40,949 nt of DNA from Chiloscyllium plagiosum (taxonomy: Eukaryota): the NCBI RefSeq assembly GCF_004010195.1, contig NC_057719.1:84752760-84793708 (forward strand), read 5' to 3'. The position numbers and the translations under genes are program-made. The notes beneath the pieces are model-generated. The model was not told the origin of the DNA. It did no database searches and worked only from the letters and a program-made list of their open reading frames with translations. Shown here one piece after another: positions 1 through 10,400 of this stretch (positions within the stretch are counted from its first letter, which is position 1; each line of letters begins with the position of its first letter).

Positions 1-254
1 AGATGAGGTGTTGGGGACCGGGGAAGCGGAAATCCTGGCGGAGGTGGAGGGCGTGGGTGGTGTCACGGACGTAGGTGGGGGGTTCTTGGACTAATGGGGA
101 CAGGACCGTGTCGAGGTATGCCGAGATGAGTTCGGTTGGGCAGGAGCAGGCTGAGACGATGGGTCGTCCGGGGCAGTCAGGTTTGTGGATTTTGGGCAGG
201 AGGTAGAAACGGGCGGTGCGGGGTTGTGCGAGGTTGGAGGCGGTGGATGGGAGA
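1..254 (-). mobile_element. Penelope-like element reverse transcriptase fragment (runs off window start)
   Basis: Minus-strand frame reads [81 protein letters not shown] is the characteristic PLE RT N-terminal motif. Confidence 0.9.
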
Positions 255-304
255 CTGTAGTTTGCCTGCTAAGGATTTGTAAGCTGTACACAATCGAAAC
301 AGTT

Positions 305-398
305 TCTCCGGCTCCTTGGATGCTGCCTGACTTGCTGCGCTTTTCCAGCAACACATTTTTAAGCTTTGATCTCCAGCATCTGCAGTCCTCACTTTCTC
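305..398 (+). mobile_element. 94-bp PLE 3'-end mini-insertion with 16-bp TSD
   Basis: CACAATCGAAACAGTT at 289-304 and 399-414; the insert matches the sequence that follows the hammerhead motif at 2612-2706 and 9571-9665. Confidence 0.85.
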
Positions 399-773
399 CA
401 CAATCGAAACAGTTGGCTAACTGTAATGTGTGCTTTTTAAAATTTTATCAACAGTACAAATTACAAACAAACAGTTAACATGAACAGCCTAATACAAGAA
501 ACAGCAATTTACAGGGGAAAGCCAGACCCCAAACTCCACCATACAACCATTCATAGCGAAATGAGGAAGAACCTCAAATTAATGTGTGCTTTATATGTGG
601 CTTAGACCTTACTATTTTAAATTAACTAATCCATGGTGTTAATCAATTCCTGATGAGCAATGGATTAAATGATTATCATGATTATTATGACACCATTAGA
701 CCCAATAAGGGAAGGACAATGAAGCTGGTGTACATCTTATAAGTAATGGGGCAATTAATATCTGTGTCGTTGC

Positions 774-989
774 GTCACCATAGACTTACCAGACCAAAGG
801 GGCTGCTCTCATTAGAGAGAGAAGCGACTGGTGGTGATTTAACCTGAGGGATACCAGATGTCAGGCAAGGGAAGAGGTTGAGAAGGAGAATCCTTCATAG
901 TAACCTCAAACCAGTAATGGGAATTGAACTGTTGGCATCATACTGCTCTGTGAACCAACAATCCAGCCAACTGAGCTAAACTGATTCCC
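774..989 (-). mobile_element. tRNA-derived SINE (family A, unnamed)
   Basis: Minus strand has A-box-like TAGCTCAGTTGG and B-box-like GTTCAATTCC; a diverged copy lies in the opposite orientation at 3922-4129. Confidence 0.8.
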
Positions 990-1049
990 AAAATCTGTGT
1001 AAAGAGATAGAGAGCAGAGACTCTTCACCATGTCTTTTGTCAACAGGGA

Positions 1050-1720
1050 ATATGCAGAGTTTGGCTAAAACTGACATGATTACACAAGACAATAAAATTT
1101 TGAAAATAATAACAAGGCATTAAAATTTGCTCAGTTATTTGGAATGAAGGTCTGCACAGACTTAGCATATTAGGTTTAACAGCCAAATAGCTAAAAGATT
1201 CCCAAAAGATATGTGCTTCCAGAAAGATTTGCTGGACAAATCAAAAAATTAAAATGCGAAGAACTACTGGAAGATTTAGTAAGTACGAAGCAATCCTTGT
1301 AGGTCAATGAAGTTTAGAGGCCTTAAGCATAAACTGGACAACTGTCACAATCAGTAGCACACCAAACGTAGCAAGAGATGTGGAAAGTGTGGCCTTCTGC
1401 ACACACCAAGGAAATGTCCAGTTTCAATCAATTTTACAACACACACAAGAGAAAAGGCTACTGGCAGAGGCAGTGCACTAAAGCAAGGGTTTATACAGCT
1501 GCAGAGAGCTGTGCACTGACCCAAACAATTTGCACAAAAAGAGTGTCTCAAAGCTACAATAAGGAGCAGCTGTTATCCCACCAGGGTATATACATGAAGT
1601 CATCAAACCAGAATCTGACAAGTACATATGTTGAGACAAAGAGCAATGCACACATCTTGTTGTCAATCTCGTGGAAAACATCACTGTCATCAAACCATCC
1701 AAGGTGATTACAAAAATTCA
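1050..1720 (+). mobile_element. Decayed LTR-retrotransposon (Gypsy-like) gag relic
   Basis: 1379-1420 reads CGKCGLLHTPRKCP (CX2CX3HX4C knuckle), followed after a frameshift by a degenerate second knuckle YNTHKRKGYWQRQC; boundaries are rough. Confidence 0.5.
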
Positions 1721-1829
1721 AATAATCTGTTCTCAGAAAACTGGTGACTATTTGTTGTAGCTAACATTGACAGGGGGAAATGCCAATGTATTATGTCAGC
1801 AAATACTAAAACAAGTATACTCAGAGACA

Positions 1830-2709
1830 CCTGTCCATCTTCCTTCCCACATATCCGCTCCACCCTCCCTCCCACCTGCATCCACCTATTGCCTTCCCAG
1901 CTATCTTCCCATGAGCCCCACCCCACCCTCCTATTTATCTCTCAGCCCCCTTCCCCAGTCAATAGACAATAGGTGCAGGAGTAGAATATTCCGCCCTTCG
2001 AGCCTGCACCACCATTCATTATGATCATGGCTGATCATCCTCAATCAGTATCCTGTTCCTGCCTTATCCCCATAACTCTTGATTCCACTATCCTTAAGGG
2101 TTCTATCCAACTCTTTCTTGAAAGTATCAAGAGACTTGGCCTCCACAGCCTTCTGGGGCAGATCATTCCATACACCCACCACTCTCTGGGTGAAGAAGTT
2201 TCTCCTCAACTCTGTTCTAAGTGGCCTACCCCTTATTTTTAAACTGTGTCCTCTGGTTCGGGACTCACCCATCAGCGGATACATGCTCCCTGCCTCCAGA
2301 GTGTCCAATCCTTTAATAATCTTATATGTCTCAATCAGATCCCCTCTCAGCCTTCTAAACTCAAGTGTATACAAGCCCAGTCGCTCCAATCTTTCAGCGT
2401 AAGATAGTCCCACCATTCCAGGAATTGACCTCGTGAACCTGCGCTGCACTCCCTCAATAGCCAGAATATCTTTCCTCAAATGTGGAGACCAAAACTGCGC
2501 ACAATATTCCAGGTGCGGTCTCACTCGGGCCCTATACAGCTGCAGAAGGACCTCTTTGCTTCTATACTCAATTCCTCTTGTTCCTAATGAAGGGCTTATG
2601 CCCGAAACATCAATTCTCCTGCTTCTTGGATGCTGCCTGACCTGCTGTGCTTTTCCATTGGCACAATTTTCGACACTGACTCTCCAGCACCTGCAGTCCT
2701 TTCTCCCAC
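1830..2709 (+). mobile_element. PLE pseudo-LTR fragment with degenerate hammerhead, split by a CR1 insertion
   Basis: 11-bp TSD ACTCAGAGACA at 1819-1829 and 2710-2720; C-rich pLTR part 1830-1956; CTAATGA-A-GGGC-TTAT-GCCC-GAAACATC at 2584-2611. Confidence 0.8.
1957..2581 (-). mobile_element. CR1 LINE 3' end, 5'-truncated, ORF2 C-terminus uninterrupted
   Basis: ORF 2045..2830 contains RPHLEYCAQFWSP, VQRRFTRSIPG, RRLRGDLIETYKI and RNFFTQRVVGVWNDLP. Confidence 0.95.
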
Positions 2710-2829
2710 ACTCAGAGACATAGCAAGCCATGAATACCATCAATGCATCATGCAGATGACCTACATCACATAAACTGCTGAGATCAGCGACTACAGGTCT
2801 ACCAACATGCAGTAATCTAACATTAGTCA

Positions 2830-3112
2830 CAATCTATACTGAGGGGTGCACTACAGCTTGTGGAGCTGGAACCAGGTGCAGCAGGGAAAGACCGCCATCT
2901 CAGGTCTTTCTGCCAACGTACAATGGGGGTCCATTCAGTCATTGGATACTCCTGGACCCTCAAATTCGTGTAACTATTGTCTTGTATAAATAAAAAATGC
3001 CTTGGGTTTATTTGTTCTCCATATATAAAGACTGTACAGAATCAAACTGCTCTAAGTGACTGTGTACGTATATAAAGATTTTAAAAATAAAGTATGTTTT
3101 TGAAATTAAATA
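2830..3112 (+). mobile_element. Probable Tx1/L1-type LINE 3' end
   Basis: Resembles Tx1-like ORF2 end plus 3' UTR from memory; ends with AATAAA and an A-rich tail. Confidence 0.45.
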
Positions 3113-3434
3113 AGTGCAGTTAGACATTAGACAACAAATCGAGTTCTGAAACAGTGCCTATCACTAAACATCAAACTATCCAGAATATCTTGAAAAAATT
3201 GGCAGTTTCAGGGGAATTGAAATGCTGTTCTCATAGGAGAATGCAAACCCATCCATTGACGCATCATTCTAGTGCAGCGCCCACTTAAAACTTGACGATT
3301 AAGCTCGATGAGATGGAGCAAAATGAAATCAATAAGAAAACAGTATGTCTCAATAATGTGTCAGAAATAAGATGGTCTTTATGCATGATGCCTAAGTGAA
3401 AGCTTTGAAATGGTACCCTTACAAAGTACAATTA

Positions 3435-3718
3435 CACAATCCTTTGTCCGAAATCTGAAAAGTCCTGAAAACCAAAACATTTTTCTTCGAGTGTGGAGCG
3501 TCATTTTGGCATGTGAACAGGTGACCCAACCCACTTGAATCAAATCACTCAGATATGACGTGGGGGTGTGGCTCAGCATTGGTAGGCATCAATTGTGTCT
3601 CTTTGCGCTTGTGCTATTCACATGTGGTCTATTAGGTTATTTTTATTTCACTGTGAAAATGTTACTTACTCTAAAATCTGAAAAATTCAGAATTCTGAAA
3701 AATAACTGGCCCCAAGAT
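3435..3718. mobile_element. Tigger/pogo-type MITE (MER46/Tigger4-like), right TIR eroded
   Basis: TA followed by CACAATCCTTTGTCCGAAATCTGAAAAG; right end AAAATCTGAAAAATTCAGAATTCTGAAA..CTGGCCCCAAG resembles Tigger4/MER46 subterminal repeats. Confidence 0.55.
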
Positions 3719-3921
3719 TAACAGGACAAAATTCTTCGTAAATTTCTTTGCTAAGCATATTTCTTGGTCAGTATATCTTGTGGTGGTATCTCATGAGCTC
3801 ACAGCATTCCATACCCCATTCAGATGACACTACATAATTTTCACTGACTCGCCTTCAGACTATGTGTTAGCCAAGATTTCTTTCAGATTCAAACATGATT
3901 CACGTATATTGCTGATGACAT

Positions 3922-4129
3922 GGGTTGTTTTAGCTCAGTTAGTTTGAAGGTTGGTTTGCAAAGTAGTATGAAGCCAACAGTATGGGTTTATTTCCCTCAC
4001 CAGCTGAAGGACTCTCCTTCTCAACCACTCCCTTTGCCTGAGATGTGGCGGCTCGCAGCTTAAATCATCACCAGTCGTTTCCTGCTAATCAGAGAGCAGC
4101 CCTATGGTCTGGAAAGACAGTGGCGACTT
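3922..4129 (+). mobile_element. tRNA-derived SINE (family A), second copy
   Basis: Aligns by eye to the reverse complement of 774-989 (GAAGGACTCTCCTTCTCAACC, CACCAGTCG, GAGAGCAGCCC). Confidence 0.8.
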
Positions 4130-4251
4130 GACTGGCTGTGATACATAAATCAGAGCTAGAATATTATCATAATCTGCACTTAAGGGTGCAAGCAGTACCC
4201 AATGAAGTATAGGCAATCAGAGATGTCACATCAATGTGTCATATATTAAAC

Positions 4252-6587
4252 ATTATTTGGAGATGCCGGTGTAGGACTGGGGTGTACAAAGTTAAAAATC
4301 ACACAACACCAGGTTATAGTCCAACAGGTTTAATTGGAAGCACACTAGCTTTCGGAGTGACGCTTCTTCATCAGGTGATAGTGGAGGGCTCAATCCTAAC
4401 ACAGAATTTATAGCAAAACTTTACAGTGTGATGTAATTGAAATTATACATTGAAAAATTGATTGTCTGTTAAGCCTTTCATCTGGTAGAATACAGTGATA
4501 GTTTCACTTCTTTCATGTGTAAATCACCAAACCTTTTTTTTTTTAAAAAAGGTTGCATTCTTGGGTTAGCTGTTAACAATGGTGATAGCTAGACAATACG
4601 TTGAAGGTGTTGGCCCCCCCTGTGTTCTCTGTCTATGCCATGATGTTTAGATTGATTCTAATCTAAAAAGTGAGATAACTGAATTTTACATAAATTCATG
4701 CTCAGAGTTCTACATGAATGCATGCAGTTTTTGAGCAAAGTACAATGTAACCCCGCAAGTACAAATTCACCCCACAAAATATATGTGTGCATGTGGGTCT
4801 TTGTCTGTGTGTGCTTGTCTAGCTGGGTTGGGGGTTGACTGTGAGAAAGTGTGTGTGTGTGTATAGTGAGTGCAGTGTCTTAAGTCTGTGAGGGGGTGCA
4901 TGTGTGAATGTGGGAGTGTGTGTGTCTATAAGGGTGTGTGTGGGTGTCTGTGTGCGCATCTGTGTGTATAGGAGTGCCTGTGTGTGTATGTGAGTGTGTG
5001 TGTGTATAGAAGTATGTGTGTGTGTATAGTGCAATGGTGGTCACCTGTAATGTGACACAAACCCAAGCTCCCGGTTGAGGCCCTCCCTATGGGTACCGAA
5101 CTTAGCTATCAGCCTCTGCTCAGCAGCTTTTCTCTGCTGCCTGTCCCGAAGTCCACCTTGGAAGATAGTCACCCGAAGGTCCGAGGCTGGATGTCCTGGA
5201 CCACTGAAGTGTTCCCCAACTGGGAGGGAACCCTCCTGTCTATTGATTATTGTGCGGTGCCCATTCATCCGTTGTCGTAGCCTTTGCTTGGTTTCCCCAA
5301 TGTTCCACGCCTTCGGGCATCCTTGCCTGCAACGTATAAGATAGACAACATTGGCTGAGTCACATGAGTACCAGCCATGTACAAGGTGGGAGGTGTCCCC
5401 ATGTGTAATGGTGGTATCCATGTCCACACTCTGACACGTCTTGCAGCGTCTACCATGATAGGGTTGTATGGAGTTGTCCTGAGAGCCGAGCAGCTTGCTA
5501 CGAACAACGATCTGTTTGAGGTTTGGCGGTTGTTTAAAGGCAAGAAGTGGAGGTGTAGGGAAGGTCTTGGTGAGGTGCTCATCCTCAATGATAATGTGTT
5601 GCAGGTCACGAAGAACATGGCGCAGTTTTTCAGCTCCTGGGAAGTACTGAACAACGAAGGGTACCCTGTTGGTTGCAGCACGTGTCTGTCTCCTGAGGAG
5701 GTCATTACGGTTCCTTGCTGTGGCACATCAGAATCGGCGGTCGATGAGTTGAGCATCGTACCCTGTTCTTGTGAGGGTATCCCTGAGTACTTCCAGGTGC
5801 CCGTCACGTTCCTCGTCATCTGAGCAGATCTGGTGTATGTGTAGGACTTGTCCATAGGGGATGGCTGTTTTAATATGTTTTGGGTGGAAGCTGGAGAAGA
5901 GTAGCATTGTGAGGTTGTCTGTGGGTTTGCGGTAGAGTGTGGTTCTGAGGTGTCCATCCTTGATGGAGACGCATGTGTTTAAGAATGAGACAGATAGTCG
6001 AGAGTAGTCCATGGTGAGTTTGATGGTGGGATGAAACTTGTTGATGTCACTGTGTAGTTATATCAGTGACTCCTCGCCATGGGTCCAGAGGAAGAAAATG
6101 TCGTCAATGTACCTGGTGTACAATGTTGGTTGGAGATCCTGCATAGAGAAGAAGTCTTGTTCGAACCTGTGCATAAAAATGTTGGCATATTGGGGTGCAA
6201 ATTTGGTCCCCATGGTTGTTCCATGTGTCTGGATGAAGAACTGGTTGTCAAAGGTGAAGATGTTGTGATCGAGGATAAAGCGGATGAGTTGTAGGATGGT
6301 GTTTGGAGATTGGCAGTTGTTGATGTTGAGTACTGAGGCTGTTGCCGCGATGCCATCATTGTGGGGGATGCTGGTATAGAGTGTGGAAACATCCATTGTG
6401 ATGAGGAATGTTCCCGGTTCGACTGGTCTGTGGGTGCTGAGTTTCTGTAAGAAATCCGTAGTGTTGCGAGAGAAGCTGGAGATCACCTGTACAATAGGTT
6501 TCAAGATGCCTTCCACATAGCCAGAGAGATTCTCACATAGGGTCCCATTTCCCGACACGATGGGATGTCCTGGTGTGTTGGCTTTGT
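4252..6587 (-). mobile_element. Penelope-like element (Neptune-type), left arm: RT, GIY-YIG endonuclease, CA-rich 3' region, hammerhead relic and tail
   Basis: RT motifs PGHPIVSG, TMDVSTLYTSIPH, HGTTMGTKFAPQYANIFM, YTRYIDDIF, LYRKPTD; endonuclease SANVVYLIRCRQGC..NIGET..LRQRMNGHR..E..LI..GLN; stops and frameshifts present. Confidence 0.95.
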
Positions 6588-7383
6588 AGCAACAAGCCCT
6601 ACGCATACACCAGATCTGCTCAGATGACGAGGAACGTGATGGGCACCTGGAAGTACTCAGGGATGCCCTCACAAGAACAGGGTACGATGCTCAACTCATT
6701 GACCGCCAGTTCCGACGTGCCACAGCAAGGAACCGTAATGACCTCCTCAGGAGGCAGACACGTGCTGCAACCGACTGGGTACCCTTCGTTGTTCAGTACT
6801 TCCCAGGAGCTGAAAAACTGCGCCATGTTCTTCGTGACCTGCAACATATTATCAATGAGGATGGGCACCTCGCTAAGACCTTCCCCACACCTCCACTACT
6901 TGCCTTTAAACAAGCCAAACCTCAAACAGATCGTTGTTCGTAGCAAGCTGCCCGGCTCTCAGGACAACTCCATACAACCCTATCATGGTAGACGCTGCAA
7001 GACGTGTCAAAGTGTGGACATGGATACCACCATTACACATGGGGACACCTCCCACCTTGTACATGGCTGATACTCATGTGACTCAGCCAACGTTGTCTAT
7101 TTTATACGTTGCAAGCAAGGATGCCCGGAGGCATGGTACATTGCGGAAACCGAACAAAGGCTATGACAACGGATGAATGGGCACTGCACAACAAACAACA
7201 GACAGGAGGGTTCCCTCCCAGTTGGGGAACACTTCAGTGGTCCAGGACATTCAGCCTCGGACTTTCGGGTGACCATCCTCCAAGGTGGACTTCGGGACAG
7301 GCAGCAGAGGAAAGTGGCTGAACAGACGCTGATAGCTAAGTTCGGTACCCATAGGGAGGGCCTCAATCGGGACCTTGGGTTCA

Positions 7384-9061
7384 CAGAACATAGAGAACAT
7401 AGAACAATACAGCACAGAACAGGCCCTTCGGCCCACGATGTTGTGCCGAACATTTGTCCTAGCTTAAGCACCCATCCATGTACCTATCAATTGCCACTTA
7501 AAGTTCGCCAATGATTCTGACTCTGCCACTCCCACAGGCAGCGCATTCCATGCCCCACCACTCTCTGGGTAAAAGAACCCACCCCTGACATCTCCCCTAT
7601 ACCTTCCACCCTTCACCTTAAATTTATGTCCCCTTGTAACACTCTGTTGTACCCAGGGAAAAAGTTTCTGACTGTCTACTCTATCTATTCCTCTGATCAT
7701 CTTAAAAACCTCTATCAAGTCACCCCTCATCCTTCACCATTCCAATGAGAAAAGGCCTAGCACTCTCAACCTATCCTCGTACGACCTATTCTCCATTCCA
7801 GGCAACATCCTGGTAAATCTTCTCTGCACCCTCTCCAAAGCTTCCACACCTTTCCTAAAGTGAGGCGACCAGAACTGCAAACAGTACTNNNNNNNNNNNN
7901 NNNNNNNNNNNNNNNNNNNNNNNNNNNNNNNNNNNNNNNNNNNNNNNNNNNNNNNNNNNNNNNNNNNNNNNNNNNNNNNNNNNNNNNNNNNNNNNNNNNN
8001 NNNNNNNNNNNNNNNNNNNNNNNNNNNNNNNNNNNNNNNNNNNNNNNNNNNNNNNNNNNNNNNNNNNNNNNNNNNNNNNNNNNNNNNNNNNNNNNNNNNN
8101 NNNNNNNNNNNNNNNNNNNNNNNNNNNNNNNNNNNNNNNNNNNNNNNNNNNNNNNNNNNNNNNNNNNNNNNNNNNNNNNNNNNNNNNNNNNNNNNNNNNN
8201 NNNNNNNNNNNNNNNNNNNNNNNNNNNNNNNNNNNNNNNNNNNNNNNNNNNNNNNNNNNNNNNNNNNNNNNNNNNNNNNNNNNNNNNNNNNNNNNNNNNN
8301 NNNNNNNNNNNNNNNNNNNNNNNNNNNNNNNNNNNNNNNNNNNNNNNNNNNNNNNNNNNNNNNNNNNNNNNNNNNNNNNNNNNNNNNNNNNNNNNNNNNN
8401 NNNNNNNNNNNNNNNNNNNNNNNNNNNNNNNNNNNNNNNNNNNNNNNNNNNNNNNNNNNNNNNNNNNNNNNNNNNNNNNNNNNNNNNNNNNNNNNNNNNN
8501 NNNNNNNNNNNNNNNNNNNNNNNNNNNNNNNNNNNNNNNNNNNNNNNNNNNNNNNNNNNNNNNNNNNNNNNNNNNNNNNNNNNNNNNNNNNNNNNNNNNN
8601 NNNNNNNNNNNNNNNNNNNNNNNNNNNNNNNNNNNNNNNNNNNNNNNNNNNNNNNNNNNNNNNNNNNNNNNCCTACCACCGAAGTAAGACCTAACTGGCC
8701 TGTAATTCCCGGGGTTATCCCTATTCCCTTTTTTGAACAGGGGCACAACATTCGCCACTCTCCAGTCCCCTGGTACCACCCCTGTTGACAGTGAAGACAA
8801 AAAGATCATTGCCAACGGCTCTGCAATTTCCTCTCTTGCTTCCCACATAATCCTGGTGGAATTTAAATTCAATGAATAAAATCTGGAATCAAAAGCTAGT
8901 CCAAATAATAATAGTGACCATAACGCTGTAATGAATTGCTGTAACAGCACTTTTTGTTTACTTAATGTCCACACTACATGCAATTCCAGATCCATACTAT
9001 CCCGTCAGGCCCGGGGGACTTGTCTATCCTCAAGTTATTCAAAATGTCCAACACATCTTCC
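7384..9061 (-). mobile_element. CR1 LINE 3' portion nested in the PLE (spans an N gap)
   Basis: DWRVANVVPLFKKGNRDNPGNYRPV and RGDLIEVFKMIRGIDRVD; (AGAACAT)-type tail at the left end; TTCA shared at both junctions (7380-7383, 9062-9065). Confidence 0.93.
7889..8671. other. Assembly gap (N run)
   Basis: Run of N. Confidence 1.
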
Positions 9062-9480
9062 TTCATGTCACACTACAGGTGACCACCATTGCACTATACA
9101 CACACAGGCACTCCTATACACACAGATGCGCTCACAGACACCCACACACACACTCCCACATGCACCCCCTCACAGACTTAAGACACTCTGCACTCACTAC
9201 ACACACACGCATACACTTTCTCACAGTCCCAACCCCCAACCCAGACAGACACACACAGACAGACAGACAAAGACCCAATGCACAAATATATTTTGTGGGG
9301 TGAATTTGTACTTGCAGGATTACATTGTACTTTGCTCAAAAACTGTATGCATTCATGTAGAACTCTGAGCTCAAAAACTGCATGAATTTATGTATAACTC
9401 TGTTATCTCACTTTTTAGATTAGAATCAATTTAAACATCATGGCATAGACAGAGAACGCAGGGGGCCAACACCTTCAACA

Positions 9481-9665
9481 CATTCTGGATCAGTGGTGCT
9501 GGAAGAGCACAGCAATTCAGGCAGCATCCGATGGTTTTATTCCTGATGAAGGGCTTTTGCCCGAAACGTCGATTTTGCTGCTCGTCGGATGCTGCCTGAA
9601 CTGCTGTGCTCTTCCAGCACCACTGATCCAGAATCTGGTTTCCAGCATCTGCAGTCATTGTTTTT
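9481..9665 (+). mobile_element. PLE fold-back mini-element with a hammerhead core in the loop
   Basis: TSD ACCTTCAACA at 9471-9480 and 9666-9675; arms 9482-9531 and 9585-9634 match at 49/50; the empty site is preserved in the left arm near 4595-4615. Confidence 0.92.
9539..9574 (+). ncRNA. Minimal type I hammerhead ribozyme motif (PLE-associated)
   Basis: ATTC-CTGATGA-A-GGGC-TTTT-GCCC-GAAAC-GTC-GATT: core and stem II intact, short imperfect stem I; predicted cut after C9570. Confidence 0.8.
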
Positions 9666-9892
9666 ACCTTCAACATATTGTCTAGTTATCAACATTGTTA
9701 ACAGCTAACCCAAGAATGCAACCTTTTTAAAAAAAGGTTTTGTGATTTACACATGAAAGAAGTGAAAGTATCACTGTATTCTACCAGATGAAAGGCTTAA
9801 CAGACAATCAATTTTTCAATGCATAATTTCAGTTACATCACACTGTTAAAGTTTTGCGATAAATTCTGTGTTAGGATTGAGCCCTCCACTAC

Positions 9893-9927
9893 CACCTGAT
9901 GAAAGAGCGTCGCTCCGAAAGCTAGTG
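9893..9927 (+). ncRNA. Minimal hammerhead ribozyme motif in the PLE 3' region
   Basis: CAC-CTGATGA-A-AGAGC-GTC-GCTCC-GAAA-GCTA-GTG; one stem II mismatch (A9904) relative to the copy at 40815-40849. Confidence 0.75.
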
Positions 9928-10039
9928 TGCTTTCAATTAAACCTGTTGGACTATAACCTGGTGCTGTGTGATTTTTAATTCGATTAACATCACCAAAACA
10001 GGCTATTTCATCTATCCATGGCGACAGCTCCTTCATTAC

Positions 10040-10400
10040 AAGCGGCTTCGTCCAAGCTGACTGCCGGCATTCGCTCGAGGTAAATGACCGTTATCCCCAG
10101 GGTGCCCGCGCTCTCCTTCAGACAGCGATAATAGAAGCGCACGTTCCACTTCCGCCCGCGAACGTCTGCGGCTTGCGTGACTGCGTCACTGCGAAGTGGC
10201 GCGCGTTTTGGAAGGGCAGAGCGGACGGAAAGAGAGCCTGAGGCGGCGCGAGGGGAACGCGGCCCGCTTCAACGGACTAGCCGTTGGTCGCCACCGTCTC
10301 TCAGGTAAAAACAGGGAGTTCCTTCGGGAAGGCGGGACCGTGGCCTCCGATGGAGGGTACAAGTCCGAGTCGGGTTGCTGTCACTTCCCTTACCCCTACC
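10040..10400 (+). promoter_or_regulatory. RAD51: CpG-rich promoter of RAD51
   Basis: Only non-repeat CpG-dense stretch in the window; ETS/GC-box CCACTTCCGCCC 10146-10157; E2F/CDE-like GGCGC 10198-10202 followed after 4 nt by CHR-like TTTGGA 10207-10212. Confidence 0.75.
10190..10304 (+). other. RAD51: Probable non-coding exon 1 of RAD51 (start approximate)
   Basis: Donor CAG|GTAAAA at 10304/10305 inside the CpG island; no ATG in the stretch; human RAD51 also has a non-coding first exon. Confidence 0.6.

Larger units (their letters stand above)
6590..9980 (+). mobile_element. Same PLE family, inverted right arm (RT thumb, GIY-YIG, 3' region), interrupted by CR1 (7384-9061) and a PLE mini-hairpin (9481-9665)
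   Basis: 6590-7383, 9062-9480 and 9676-9980 are reverse-complement matches to ~4290-5850. Confidence 0.95.

Noticed and set aside
2045..2830. 261-aa ORF as a host or novel fusion gene
   Set aside because: It is a CR1 ORF2 C-terminus read through into antisense PLE and flanking DNA, with no ATG start
4805..5030. GT/CA-rich tracts (also 9095-9270) as independent repeats or His/Thr-rich ORFs
   Set aside because: Present in both PLE arms, so part of the element's 3' region
7766..8995. Long ORFs of 275-409 aa (also 19473-20247)
   Set aside because: Artefacts of N gaps
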